A stretch of DNA of 64,000 bases from a virus. Taxonomy: Duplodnaviria > Caudoviricetes. Positions within the stretch are counted from its first letter, which is position 1; every line of letters starts with the position of its first letter. Location: the IMG/VR virus record IMGVR_UViG_3300005512_000009, positions 29,543-93,542 of that record, one strand, 5' to 3'. This document shows positions 6,869 through 16,844 of the stretch, one piece after another. The notes under the pieces are model-generated. The model did not search any database, was not told where the DNA came from, and was given only the letters and a program-made list of their open reading frames with translations. A program made the translations under genes and the position numbers.

Positions 6869-7053
6869 TTTCGTTAAGCCCCCATGATCCAGGTGCGGGT
6901 AGAGCTGGTTATATATGTTTTTCTCGCACGGATAGATTTTTTGCTATATAGGTGGTCTTTATTGGATATACGTGCGTATATAATATATGTAGCAATATTT
7001 ATTATTATAACGAGCCTACCAAGCCCAGCGCTGGCAGGACGAACACAAGGAAC

Positions 7054-7407
7054 ATGATGAATTTACGAAACATTATCACAGAGTCAGTTACCATACAAGG
7101 ACACCAGGTCTCTGCAAGCAATGATCGCATAGAGATACAGACACCTGCAGGACAGCGTTACACGTACGGCATGGAAGTCAGCGGATTCACAATTCCTATA
7201 TATTCAATTGCGGCTGCGCAGGGTCAATACGTGATGCGTTACGGTAAGCCTAGTATAGGTTTTACCGGTATATCATATGAACCACAGACGACTCGTTTAA
7301 ACACGCAACGCATTGCAAGTCTGTTTCCAAATTTGGGTCGGCCGGAGTTACCTCTCACAGTGCAAACACCAAAAGGCGAAAAGTCAGTAACGTTTAAACT
7401 CGCGTAA
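7054..7407 (+). CDS. hypothetical late protein with leader MMNLRNIITE
   Basis: Start re-assigned to the ATG at 7054 (AAGGA upstream, ATATTTAT at 6995). Confidence 0.7.
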   Translation: MMNLRNIITESVTIQGHQVSASNDRIEIQTPAGQRYTYGMEVSGFTIPIYSIAAAQGQYVMRYGKPSIGFTGISYEPQTTRLNTQRIASLFPNLGRPELPLTVQTPKGEKSVTFKLA

Positions 7408-7437
7408 TCAAAAATTCAATTGATAACAAGGAATCCC

Positions 7438-8010
7438 ATGAAATACATCTTAACCATCATGATCACAATGTGTGTAGCCTTCGGCTATGCACAGACACGC
7501 AGTGTTCGTACACCCTGGTACCAGGTAGAATATGACGAAACCTTAGAACAGCCTGTACAGGTCATGTACCAGGTTCAGTGCACCACCACCACCGTATCCA
7601 GAAAAGGCATGGACTTCAAACGAGTCGACAGCATACACACATCCAACAAAAAGGATTATGAGGACAACCCATGGGATAAAGGCCATATGGCGCCGGCGGC
7701 AGCATTTGCCTGCAACAAGGCGGCTCTCAAGGCCACGTTCCTGTATGTGAATTGTGCACTGCAGCATCAGTCATTGAATCGAGGTGCATGGCGTCAATTG
7801 GAGGCCTGGGAACGCAAGCAAGCCGAGGGTAGCCCTGTGCGGGTGGAGATTCGAGTATGTTGGGAAGGAGCTGCAATACAGCTGCCAACGGGGGCAGTGG
7901 TACCAACTCATTTTGAAAAAACAGTTTGGGCGAATGGTACCACTTATCGGTTTCGTTTTCCTAATGTGGATACATATGGTTCAAAATTTTGGCAGTTTGA
8001 ACAACGATGA
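7438..8010 (+). CDS. DNA/RNA non-specific endonuclease (NucA-like) with signal peptide
   Basis: WDKGHMAPAA, NCALQHQSLNRGAWRQLE and VPTHFEK motifs; hydrophobic N-terminus. Confidence 0.9.
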   Translation: MKYILTIMITMCVAFGYAQTRSVRTPWYQVEYDETLEQPVQVMYQVQCTTTTVSRKGMDFKRVDSIHTSNKKDYEDNPWDKGHMAPAAAFACNKAALKATFLYVNCALQHQSLNRGAWRQLEAWERKQAEGSPVRVEIRVCWEGAAIQLPTGAVVPTHFEKTVWANGTTYRFRFPNVDTYGSKFWQFEQR

Positions 8011-8115
8011 TATGACCTGATTATGACCTGGAAGGTCGTACAAACGTTTTAACTGTGCTGCTAACTAACTTTTGTTTAATCATATTTATTATAAATCAAT
8101 ATTAGGATATCTATC

Positions 8116-8547
8116 ATGAAAAATATTTTAGCAGAAAATATGCGTCGCTTTGGGACTAAGAATTTGGCGGAAGGTTTGTTGGATGTTGGCAAACTAGCAA
8201 TGTATAAAGATGATTTTGAAATTATACTTACACCTAGGCAATCAGAAGATGTTATTAATAGTACTATCAATTCGATGATTCAAGACATGGGCGGGCCTGC
8301 TGAAGCGGCTGAACTTATGCAAGGAGCATTGGAATCGATTGATAGGATTAAAGGCCTTTTGAAACCATTAATTGCCAAAGATGCTACATTGGATGTAACG
8401 ATGTTGAATAAGATTGTTGATAGTTTACCATTTGATGAAGCGACTAAAAAACAGCTTCAAAGTAATATTATGAACTTGGCTCAAGATTTAAATGTAGCTA
8501 TGCGTGGTAGTGGAGCGGATACTAGCACCGCATCAAAATTAACATAA
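8116..8547 (+). CDS. hypothetical late protein (leader MKNILAENMRRFGTKNLAE)
   Basis: ATATTTAT at 8082 and AGGA upstream. Confidence 0.8.
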   Translation: MKNILAENMRRFGTKNLAEGLLDVGKLAMYKDDFEIILTPRQSEDVINSTINSMIQDMGGPAEAAELMQGALESIDRIKGLLKPLIAKDATLDVTMLNKIVDSLPFDEATKKQLQSNIMNLAQDLNVAMRGSGADTSTASKLT

Positions 8548-8563
8548 ATAAATTGTAATTAAT

Positions 8564-8592
8564 TTGGATATACGCAAATCTTTTCTTATAAT
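8564..8592 (+). promoter_or_regulatory. Class II promoter
   Basis: TTGGAT-17-TATAAT. Confidence 0.75.
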
Positions 8593-8608
8593 ATAGAAAA
8601 TAGAAAAA

Positions 8609-9166
8609 ATGAAAAGATTTGCATTTATTGTTTCTTTGATAATATCATCAACGGGATATTCACAAACACAAAATATTTTATTAGCTCAAGTATCAGGCAC
8701 AGATACGTTATATTATGCTACTTTGCCAGCATTTACAATACAAGCCAAAAGGTCTGCGGCATCTAAACGTAAGCATGTAAGATTGATAGCCGACATTAAA
8801 CGGGTTTATCCATATGCTAGATTGGGTGCTAAAATTTTAGACTCATATCGAGATAGTATTGCAAGTGCTGAGACAGATCGTGAAGCTCGAGTGTTTTATA
8901 AACGAGCAGAACAAGAGTTGAAAACGCAATATGGACGAGAAATAAAAGCATTGAATCATCGTCAAGGACTTTTGTTAATCAAACTTATTGATCGAGAAAC
9001 ATCACATACAGCATATCAAATTATTTCAAATTCTCGTTCAAATCTAACTGCGGGGTTATATCAAGGCATTGCAAGAATATGGGGTTATAATCTTAAGACT
9101 CGATATGATGCTACAAAAGAATATGAAATTGAATCAGCATTGTATGATATATATGGAGTGATATAA
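8609..9166 (+). CDS. DUF4294-like secreted protein (Bacteroidota family)
   Basis: Signal peptide; KRVYPYA, QGLLLIKLIDRET and GYNLKTRYD motifs. Confidence 0.8.
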   Translation: MKRFAFIVSLIISSTGYSQTQNILLAQVSGTDTLYYATLPAFTIQAKRSAASKRKHVRLIADIKRVYPYARLGAKILDSYRDSIASAETDREARVFYKRAEQELKTQYGREIKALNHRQGLLLIKLIDRETSHTAYQIISNSRSNLTAGLYQGIARIWGYNLKTRYDATKEYEIESALYDIYGVI

Positions 9167-9205
9167 TCTAGATCGTGTTTTTTATATATAAAAATAAAAA
9201 TTGTT

Positions 9206-9499
9206 ATGGGAAAATTAAAATCAAAGTACAAAAGGGATAATTCGGAACTTATCCAGTCTGTTATTGATAGTGGAGTAAATACATTTATCACTAAAATAAA
9301 GATGATAGAAACATCAAAAGTTAAAGGATATCAAATTTATGAATGTGATTATGTTGATAATGGTGCTATTCGCAATGTAAACATTATTGCAATGGATATC
9401 GAAGATGCCGTATCCAGATTGGATGGTTTGGTAAATAAAGGAATTCCTTCGCAGACTGCAAATTATTTGTTAAGTAGTAAAACATTGAATAATAAATAA
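9206..9499 (+). CDS. hypothetical protein
   Basis: 97-aa ORF. Confidence 0.7.
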   Translation: MGKLKSKYKRDNSELIQSVIDSGVNTFITKIKMIETSKVKGYQIYECDYVDNGAIRNVNIIAMDIEDAVSRLDGLVNKGIPSQTANYLLSSKTLNNK

Positions 9500-9502
9500 G
9501 TT

Positions 9503-9901
9503 ATGGATCACTATTCTTTTGGTGGAAGTCGTTGGCTGCGAATTCGTAGTCGCATCGTTTCAAGTTTTGTGTGGAGTGGATGTGGTATTAGCCGTTTCTT
9601 TGTGTGGATGGCGCGGCGAATAAATGGCATCAGCATACAATTGTCTCGCAGAGTGAAACAGTTAAGGGAACAGGCTGAACCAACTACCATTCACATAAAC
9701 AAAGTAGTTCCGCTTGACAAATGGACTATGCGCATTGAGTTTACAGTAGATCGCAAAGAACGACGATGCGTGCATTTACAATCAATGACACCAATTTATG
9801 CTGAAACGTTTGCTTCATATAAGCGTGGAGAAGAAGTGGAAATTGTAGATCTTCATTATTATTCGGTAGTAGGAATGCAATCAGAATGGAAAACGATGTA
9901 A
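9503..9901 (+). CDS. hypothetical protein
   Basis: 132-aa ORF with AAGTT-ATG start. Confidence 0.65.
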   Translation: MDHYSFGGSRWLRIRSRIVSSFVWSGCGISRFFVWMARRINGISIQLSRRVKQLREQAEPTTIHINKVVPLDKWTMRIEFTVDRKERRCVHLQSMTPIYAETFASYKRGEEVEIVDLHYYSVVGMQSEWKTM

Positions 9902-9917
9902 ACGAATATTTATTAAT

Positions 9918-10220
9918 ATGAATATGAAATTAACATCTTTATTAAGTGAAAGAACCGAGTCGACTCGTATTACAATAGCAGGCGTTTCATTTAGGGTATT
10001 TGGCCATGAAAATCGTTTGTATCTTTTACCGGAGACTACAAAAGATTTAGATCTTATTGATGACCGCGGTGGCAAAGAAGCTTTTATTCAAAATGAAACA
10101 TTTCCATTTCTAGAAACAGTAACTGGCATTACGTGGCAATGGGATGAAGCTAATCCGGGAGCAGGTCATATATTCGAAGTAGACTTAGATGTTGTGATTC
10201 AAAGTCTTAAAGGAGCATGA
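9918..10220 (+). CDS. hypothetical late protein (leader MKLTSLLSE)
   Basis: ATATTTAT at 9906. Confidence 0.75.
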   Translation: MNMKLTSLLSERTESTRITIAGVSFRVFGHENRLYLLPETTKDLDLIDDRGGKEAFIQNETFPFLETVTGITWQWDEANPGAGHIFEVDLDVVIQSLKGA

Positions 10221-10600
10221 TGAACAAGACGTTATTAAAACAACTTATCCGAGAAGAGATAAAGAATGTACGAGAGCAAATGTCAGATGACTTAGAAAAT
10301 ACAACATCAAATGATGATGCATATTCAAAAGCATTTGATTCAATGGATACAGATCCGATTGTTCATCCCCAAGCTATTGAGAAAATGGCTGACGCATTAG
10401 ACGTTAAAGTAAGCATACACTTAGGTGCTGGTTATAACAAATTAACTTTTAACCAACGTGAAGATGTTGATGAAAAGACATTTGAACGAATGATTCAGTT
10501 TTTAGAACGAATAGGATACAATGTTGATTTAGGACAGAGTGACAGAATGTATGATTTTGAGCCAGGCGAGCGCGATTATTATCCTCGAATAGTATTCTAA
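10217..10600 (+). CDS. hypothetical late protein (leader LKQLIREEI)
   Basis: Overlaps the previous stop; AAGGAG upstream. Confidence 0.75.
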   Translation: MMNKTLLKQLIREEIKNVREQMSDDLENTTSNDDAYSKAFDSMDTDPIVHPQAIEKMADALDVKVSIHLGAGYNKLTFNQREDVDEKTFERMIQFLERIGYNVDLGQSDRMYDFEPGERDYYPRIVF

Positions 10601-10620
10601 AATAAAATAAAAAAAAGATT

Positions 10621-10659
10621 AGGAGTGAGATTGGATTCTTGCTCCTTTTTTACTATAAT
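10621..10659 (+). terminator. Terminator overlapping a class II promoter
   Basis: AGGAGTGAGA/TCTTGCTCCT stem plus T-run; TTGGAT(10631)-17-TATAAT(10654). Confidence 0.7.
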
Positions 10660-10664
10660 AGGTT

Positions 10665-11348
10665 ATGAAAATTAGAATTACATTCATATCAGATACCCAT
10701 ACTAAACACAAACAATGTGAAATGGATTTACCAGGCGGTGATATCTTAATCCATTCTGGTGATTTTATGAGTACAGGTTATTATTTGAATGAAGCATCTT
10801 CATTTTTAGAATGGTATGATGGATTATGGCAATATGATAATAAGATTTTGATTGCAGGAAACCACGATAGATGGTTCGAAGATAATATGAAGGAGATACC
10901 TAAGTTAATGGAAATGTATCCTAACATCAAATATCTATTAGACCAACAAACAGAAATATTTGGTTTAAAGATTTGGGGTTCTCCTTGGCAGCCTGAGTTT
11001 TGCAATTGGGCATTTAACTTAGAAAGAAATGGTGAAGATTTAAGAGAGAAGTGGTTTTGGATTCCATCTGATTGTGATATCTTAGTAACACATGGACCTG
11101 CATATGGTCATTTAGATATATCAGGTTATGGTAATCAGAATGTAGGTTGTGAATTACTTAGAGAAAGAGTTGATGTAGTAAAACCATTGATTCATTCATT
11201 TGGACATATTCATGGAAGTGCTGGATACAAGTTTGATGGTAATACTCATTATTTTAATGCATCAATCTTAGATGAAAGATATGAGTATAGAAATAAACCA
11301 ATGACAATTGATTTGGATTTAGAAACAAGAGAAATTGAGTTTGTATAA
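10665..11348 (+). CDS. calcineurin-like metallophosphoesterase
   Basis: SDTH, HSGDF, AGNHD, THGP and GHIH motifs. Confidence 0.93.
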   Translation: MKIRITFISDTHTKHKQCEMDLPGGDILIHSGDFMSTGYYLNEASSFLEWYDGLWQYDNKILIAGNHDRWFEDNMKEIPKLMEMYPNIKYLLDQQTEIFGLKIWGSPWQPEFCNWAFNLERNGEDLREKWFWIPSDCDILVTHGPAYGHLDISGYGNQNVGCELLRERVDVVKPLIHSFGHIHGSAGYKFDGNTHYFNASILDERYEYRNKPMTIDLDLETREIEFV

Positions 11349-11466
11349 AATATGAGCAAGTTAAAAGTAAAATGGACACCATCCGTAGAAGATGATTTAC
11401 ATTCATTTGTTGTGTGTGGTGTTTTAACTCAAGAACAAGCAGATGAATTATTAAAAGAATTTAAAG

Positions 11467-11955
11467 ATGAGAAACTTTAATTACATAAAAGTATTTAATT
11501 CACCTTTCAAACGACCAAAACTAAAATGGTATTTTGGTAAGATTGCTATTGGTACTCCTTACTTCTTTCCGAGAAGATGGGTTGGAAGATGGGTTGATAA
11601 TCCTGATAAACCAGGTTACCAAAAAGCAGTTCCAAAAAAGATTGGATTTGATTTTGTTGGATTGGGATACAAAACTAAATGGAGTGATACTGATTACAGA
11701 TTTGAGTGGGGGCCACTTATTTCATTTGTGTTCTTTAAATGGCAGATTGCTGTAATGCTGAAAGTTCCACATCCAGAACATTATTGGGCTTGTTGGTTAA
11801 CTTATGAAAATGATACAGATAAAGATTTATCTACAGAAGCACGAATCAAATTAGCAAAAGAAATTAATCCTGAAGTTTGGACTTCAAGTAAGGGTGATGG
11901 TAAAAAAGAAACAATTTGTTATTGGGATAAAGTTTTAAAAGATAAATGGTTATGA
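11467..11955 (+). CDS. hypothetical protein
   Basis: 162-aa W/F-rich ORF in an operon. Confidence 0.75.
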   Translation: MRNFNYIKVFNSPFKRPKLKWYFGKIAIGTPYFFPRRWVGRWVDNPDKPGYQKAVPKKIGFDFVGLGYKTKWSDTDYRFEWGPLISFVFFKWQIAVMLKVPHPEHYWACWLTYENDTDKDLSTEARIKLAKEINPEVWTSSKGDGKKETICYWDKVLKDKWL

Positions 11956-12137
11956 ACGAAGAAGTACTTGATAAACTAAAAGACTTCATTGATGTATATG
12001 AAACTGAGTATGGTGATGTTGAAGGATTTGAAGTAACTTTGGAACATCCTATTGTGGATGGTGAACGACAAGCTTATGCAGATATCAAAGAGTTTATAGT
12101 AAAAAGAATTGTAAAAGAACAAATTAAGATAAAATGA
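11952..12137 (+). CDS. hypothetical protein
   Basis: ATGA overlap with the previous gene. Confidence 0.65.
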   Translation: MNEEVLDKLKDFIDVYETEYGDVEGFEVTLEHPIVDGERQAYADIKEFIVKRIVKEQIKIK

Positions 12138-12496
12138 TAGGCGGAGTACAACCTAAACTCATAGTTGGTTTCGATGAAGAAGGCAATATGACACTTGATG
12201 AAACCCAAGCTGAATTGCTAGGTTTGATAGAAAAAGAATTCAATTGGAAATTGGTTCGTGAACGAGATGGTTTAACTAAACAATCTAAAGAAATAAAATG
12301 GTTAGAATGGGATAATGAAGGTCGATACAAAGCTGATTATCAAGAGCCTGCTATTGGTCGTTCATTGATTATGTCCCCATTTAATGATTACTTTACTTGG
12401 CAAACAACTGATGTTATCGAAATCGTAGAAGAACGAGAAGATTACGTTAAATTCAAAACACAAAATAGTAATTACGAATTATGGAAGCTATCTTAA
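12134..12496 (+). CDS. hypothetical protein
   Basis: FTWQTT...FKTQNSNYEL phage-type motif. Confidence 0.75.
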   Translation: MIGGVQPKLIVGFDEEGNMTLDETQAELLGLIEKEFNWKLVRERDGLTKQSKEIKWLEWDNEGRYKADYQEPAIGRSLIMSPFNDYFTWQTTDVIEIVEEREDYVKFKTQNSNYELWKLS

Positions 12497-12539
12497 AATT
12501 TAACTTAGACAATCCAGATGATAAAATGGTGGGATTAGT

Positions 12540-12845
12540 ATGAGTATAAAAAAAATTGGAAAGGAGTATAGAGAAACTCCTAAACGAGAAATTCGCGAAG
12601 CTGCTATTGAGAACTTCGTGTATGGGTTCTTGGGGTCAATCATTGTAGTGTTTATTACATTAAGAATTGATATTGCTGTATTGCTTGCATATATGACTTA
12701 TTACTTCTTTGTAGGTAAGGTTGTTAATAGACCTAAATACGTTACATCATTAGGTAAGTTTATTATATTTCCTGTACCAACTGCACTTGGAGCATTCGCA
12801 GGATACAAACTCGTAAATTTAATTGTCAGTATTTATAATATATGA
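12540..12845 (+). CDS. membrane protein
   Basis: Two to three hydrophobic segments. Confidence 0.7.
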   Translation: MSIKKIGKEYRETPKREIREAAIENFVYGFLGSIIVVFITLRIDIAVLLAYMTYYFFVGKVVNRPKYVTSLGKFIIFPVPTALGAFAGYKLVNLIVSIYNI

Positions 12846-13195
12846 ACTACGTAATAATAGGAACAAACAAATTCAGCACAGAAATTCAACGTACTGAATG
12901 GCAACATGCACAAGGGATGCAAGGACGTACATGGAATGGTAGTGATTCTATGTATTTTGCAATGACACCAAGAATGCATTCTTTTCATACGCAGAATTGT
13001 ATTGTACCAATGGATATCGTTTTTGTTAATAATGGCAAAATTATCAAGATTTATCCAAACTGCGTACCGAATTCGGGTGAGTCTTATGTTGGGTTTGGAG
13101 ATGCAGTCGTTGAATTACCAGCCAATACCGTTTTTAAATATCGAATAACACCAGGGCAAACAGTTACATTATGGCAACACAAGGATCATATCTAA
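12842..13195 (+). CDS. DUF192-family protein
   Basis: QGMQGR, PMDIVFV and VVELPA motifs. Confidence 0.75.
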   Translation: MNYVIIGTNKFSTEIQRTEWQHAQGMQGRTWNGSDSMYFAMTPRMHSFHTQNCIVPMDIVFVNNGKIIKIYPNCVPNSGESYVGFGDAVVELPANTVFKYRITPGQTVTLWQHKDHI

Positions 13196-13446
13196 GATTA
13201 CCGCTCGTAATCACTTATCGACGCACTCAGAGAAGCAAAAAGAAGCTCATAAAAATATTGAGAGGCAAGACATCTGACAATATTGACAAATTGGTCGATC
13301 TCAAAGTGCACGGAATCAATGAAAATACAGTAATTGACCATGTAGGAGTTGGGTATCAATACGTTCCGCAAGACAAATTAACGGCATCTGATCATAAGGG
13401 TATGGCTGCTGTTCAAGCAGAAACTTTGAAAAACATGGCAAAGTAA
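13171..13446 (+). CDS. hypothetical protein
   Basis: 91-aa ORF. Confidence 0.6.
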   Translation: MATQGSYLRLPLVITYRRTQRSKKKLIKILRGKTSDNIDKLVDLKVHGINENTVIDHVGVGYQYVPQDKLTASDHKGMAAVQAETLKNMAK

Positions 13447-13486
13447 CATTTCTGATATTTATTATTAAATAAAAGGATAATGTTAT

Positions 13487-13672
13487 ATGACATCGCAAGA
13501 AATTTACGATGAAATGAAGCAAACCTGGGATGCGTTTGAGAAAGATCACATAAGATTTTACGAAAAAAACATCAAAGCAGCAGGTGCAAGAGCAAGAAAG
13601 GCAGCAACACACCTTAAAAAACTTGCAAGTAATTACAGACATACAAATTTATCCGAAACAAGAGACAAATAA
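13487..13672 (+). CDS. Histone H1-like (Hc1-type) small DNA-binding protein
   Basis: KAAGARARKAATHLKKL motif typical of the Bacteroidota Hc1-like family; ATATTTAT at 13455. Confidence 0.7.
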   Translation: MTSQEIYDEMKQTWDAFEKDHIRFYEKNIKAAGARARKAATHLKKLASNYRHTNLSETRDK

Positions 13673-14434
13673 ATGGATGTACGTAAAATAGTTCAAGAAG
13701 AATTGCAAAGAATTGTTGCTGAACAGGCAGAAGAGGTGGATACTTCACCATTTTCTGCAGAAGAACAAGCATTCTTAGGCAAATTTGCAGAGAAAGGAAG
13801 TCAATACTTAGGCATTCTTTATTCAAAAACTGATATTGGCTTCGAAGAGTTCATTACACGAGCGGGGTCGACATTAAATTTAACACGTCCAGTGCTTGAT
13901 AACCTCATAAAAAATAAAATTGTAAGTGTTACACCATATGGCGGATACGGACGCAATGAAGATTACACCATAAAGCTCAATATCAAGCTAGATGATGTGA
14001 TGCCTTTCAAAGGTATGGACGGCGATGATGCTGCCGCGGCTGGAGCAGAAGGTGGTGCAGGCGCACCGGAAGAGGTAGGCGCTGAAGTTCCTGAAGCTGG
14101 ACCTACTGAGTGGGTGGCTAATTATGGGGACGTTCTTACAGAAACAGTTAATGTAGCAAAAAAGGTCATGACTTCTAAAAAAAAGAACGAAGCTAAGGTA
14201 TATGCGAAGTCAGCAAGAACACTTCAACGACTTCCAAAAGGATATTTACGGTATCTAGAGCAAATTATTCGCATACTGTCTAAAAAGGTGCATAACAATT
14301 TAGAAAGAGAACATCTTGTTGCTGACATACTTGACAATTTAGCACATAATTTTGGTTTAACGCCTACACAGATATATCGTAGCTATATTTATTATAAATC
14401 ACAGAATCGTTTACAACGAATAGTAGGAAAATAA
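13673..14434 (+). CDS. hypothetical late protein
   Basis: Leader RKIVQEELQRIVAEQ; acidic G/A/E linker. Confidence 0.8.
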   Translation: MDVRKIVQEELQRIVAEQAEEVDTSPFSAEEQAFLGKFAEKGSQYLGILYSKTDIGFEEFITRAGSTLNLTRPVLDNLIKNKIVSVTPYGGYGRNEDYTIKLNIKLDDVMPFKGMDGDDAAAAGAEGGAGAPEEVGAEVPEAGPTEWVANYGDVLTETVNVAKKVMTSKKKNEAKVYAKSARTLQRLPKGYLRYLEQIIRILSKKVHNNLEREHLVADILDNLAHNFGLTPTQIYRSYIYYKSQNRLQRIVGK

Positions 14435-14435
14435 C

Positions 14436-15416
14436 ATGATTAAATTGAAAAGTATATTGCGTGAAGCTGGATTGTTAGGTGAACAAGCTAATCAAACACA
14501 AGTTTTAAATGTAACCCCAGGTGATACTCAGCAACAATTACAGCAACAATTAATTGATTCTGAATTAGATTTAACTAATCCGGTAACTATTAATTTAACA
14601 TTTAGTTCACAATTACCAAATAATGGTGTTCCATCTTCTAACCAAATAACTCAGTTACAAACTACACTAACAGCAATAGGTGCAATTGGAAAAAATGTAT
14701 CAGCAGTTGTTAATGCAGGCACTACAGCTACTAGAGCTACTGGTACTGGAGCTCCTGTTAGTCAATTTACACAAGGTGGAGCAGCTTTTGCGAGGGCATT
14801 TCCTAATATTGCGCAAGCATACCCAGTTACTAATAATGAAACTAGTAATAACTTTTTATTATTAAATAGAGCTGGTGCTATATATCAAGCTGCAATCAAT
14901 GCCGGTATTCAAAATGTTACTACAACAATACCAACTGATGGCACTGCTACAAGACAACAAACCAGATTTGCAACACTAAGCGTTACTGGGGTTTTTAAGC
15001 TTGAAGCAAAAGTAGAATTTGCATTTGACGTCGCAGTTAGAGTACCAAATCAAACGGAATTACGTAGCGGTAGAGCATATACTATTCCGTTTTATGTAAA
15101 AAGGGGATATAACGTTAAAATGCCTGGAACATGGACGAATATTGGTTCTCAAGCTAACTTTGAATCATTTGTATCAAAGGCAGCTTCTGGTAAAAATTGG
15201 TCTGGTTCCGAGTTGGATGATAAACGGTTTGCAACCATTGACCCAACAACGTTTGCGAAGTTTCAAACACTAAATAGTCTAATATCAAAAATTGATATCA
15301 TGGATTATTTACGAACTAATGCAGCTGAGTTATCTGAAAAATCTTTTTTAGAGCCATGGAGACAAGATAAAGCTGCGATTGGTATTGATAATGTAATTAA
15401 ACTTTTCAGTGAATAA
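14436..15416 (+). CDS. hypothetical late protein (leader MIKLKSILRE)
   Basis: 326-aa T/N/Q-rich ORF; weak OmpA-C-like NxxLxxxRA motif. Confidence 0.8.
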   Translation: MIKLKSILREAGLLGEQANQTQVLNVTPGDTQQQLQQQLIDSELDLTNPVTINLTFSSQLPNNGVPSSNQITQLQTTLTAIGAIGKNVSAVVNAGTTATRATGTGAPVSQFTQGGAAFARAFPNIAQAYPVTNNETSNNFLLLNRAGAIYQAAINAGIQNVTTTIPTDGTATRQQTRFATLSVTGVFKLEAKVEFAFDVAVRVPNQTELRSGRAYTIPFYVKRGYNVKMPGTWTNIGSQANFESFVSKAASGKNWSGSELDDKRFATIDPTTFAKFQTLNSLISKIDIMDYLRTNAAELSEKSFLEPWRQDKAAIGIDNVIKLFSE

Positions 15417-15418
15417 TT

Positions 15419-15447
15419 TTGGATTCTATTTCTTTTTTTCTTATATT
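15419..15447 (+). promoter_or_regulatory. Class II promoter
   Basis: TTGGAT-17-TATATT. Confidence 0.75.
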
Positions 15448-15466
15448 ATAGTATAATTTAAAAGGG

Positions 15467-15985
15467 ATGAAAAAGTTATTGATTATTGTATTCGTAAGTG
15501 TATCGCAAATTTGTTTTGGTCAGAATACACCATCACCAAATTTGGCTGATTATTTACCTAAAGATACAACTACTAAAATACACGTAAGCCAGACAATTGA
15601 ATACAACATTCGATTTCAAACAGAGTTTTACAAACAAATAAATACATATCGAAAAGCAAATGGTAAGAAACCTCTTCAACCAGATTCTGTGTTAGAAGCT
15701 AGTGCACTTCAACATTCTAAATATCAAGCGTATGAGGGAGAAATGACTCATATTGAAACCAATAAAAATAATCCATATTATGTTGGGGAACAAGTATCTT
15801 GGCGAAATGGTAATGGTGAAAATGTTATGTATGGCATTGGAGGCCATGACCCGGATGCATCTGCGTCGTTTGCATTTACACTTTGGAAATTGTCACCAGG
15901 ACATAGACAGAATATGTTAAGCGATTACAAATTTGTTGGTGTTGCGGTGTATGATGGATATGCTACAACAGTATTTGGATTATAA
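15467..15985 (+). CDS. CAP/SCP-domain secreted protein
   Basis: Signal peptide; INTYR, HSKYQA, GENV and WKLSPGHRQNML motifs. Confidence 0.9.
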   Translation: MKKLLIIVFVSVSQICFGQNTPSPNLADYLPKDTTTKIHVSQTIEYNIRFQTEFYKQINTYRKANGKKPLQPDSVLEASALQHSKYQAYEGEMTHIETNKNNPYYVGEQVSWRNGNGENVMYGIGGHDPDASASFAFTLWKLSPGHRQNMLSDYKFVGVAVYDGYATTVFGL

Positions 15986-16025
15986 ATAAATATTCATTAT
16001 AATTAATTAAAATCAAATATAAATT

Positions 16026-16235
16026 ATGGCGTATTACACAGCACGAGTACAATGGGTTGATGTCGTTGACACCCCAAAAGGACAAAAAGAAAAGAAAGTA
16101 ACCGAAACCTATCTGATTGATGCAATGTCAGTGACAGAAGCAGAAGCAAAGGTAGTAAAAGACTTCGAAGGTTACAGCTTCGATTTTGAAGTAAAAGGAG
16201 TTAATCAGAGTAAGATCGTAAAAATTATTGACTAA
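16026..16235 (+). CDS. DUF4494-like protein (Bacteroidota family)
   Basis: KKVTETYLIDAMSVTEAEAKV. Confidence 0.8.
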   Translation: MAYYTARVQWVDVVDTPKGQKEKKVTETYLIDAMSVTEAEAKVVKDFEGYSFDFEVKGVNQSKIVKIID

Positions 16236-16543
16236 TGACCGGATATACAGAAGGAGATACAGTAATTGTATTCAATAAAGACCGTTATCAGGTTGCAATG
16301 ATTGTTGGCAAGTCCAATGTCAATAAAAAGACACTTTATGATGTTTTGCTTGAAACAAGATCGATTATTGCAGCAGTTCCACGAGGTGCAGTATCTAAAC
16401 AGGCTTATATAGATGATAATCTAACTAAGCGATTGGTTTCAACAGGAGAAATTGAATCAACGCTACCAGAATATACTCATATGGTAGAGCAATGGTTGAT
16501 TCCAGCATACAATGAAACATCATCTGGCCCAAGAAGCTTCTAA
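16235..16543 (+). CDS. hypothetical protein
   Basis: Start overlaps the previous stop (TAATG). Confidence 0.7.
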   Translation: MTGYTEGDTVIVFNKDRYQVAMIVGKSNVNKKTLYDVLLETRSIIAAVPRGAVSKQAYIDDNLTKRLVSTGEIESTLPEYTHMVEQWLIPAYNETSSGPRSF

Positions 16544-16544
16544 C

Positions 16545-16844
16545 ATGGCAAAGTTGAAATTATCAAATATTGAAAAACTGCAGCGCAGGGTACGAAAAAG
16601 GTATCCTGGCGCTTATGCAGTTAATGATGTGGGTTGGCACATTGTGTGGAATGGTATTAATCTCAATGACATATTTTTATTGGATAATTCAGATACAGAG
16701 GAAGCTGCGTGGGAACAGGCTGTTACTGTTGCTAAACATGAGCAGCATATTAATCGTACACATCCATTAAAGAAGATGTGGAGCCAAACAGCTAAGAATC
16801 AAAATAAAGAACGAATAGCAAACCGTATACATTATGCTAGATAA
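16545..16844 (+). CDS. hypothetical protein
   Basis: Likely start MAKLKLS just after the previous stop. Confidence 0.7.
   Translation: MAKLKLSNIEKLQRRVRKRYPGAYAVNDVGWHIVWNGINLNDIFLLDNSDTEEAAWEQAVTVAKHEQHINRTHPLKKMWSQTAKNQNKERIANRIHYAR

Noticed and set aside
8011-8040. TATGACCTG direct repeat and small hairpin sharing GGAAGGTC with the hsp20 leader
   Set aside because: Too short to distinguish from chance.
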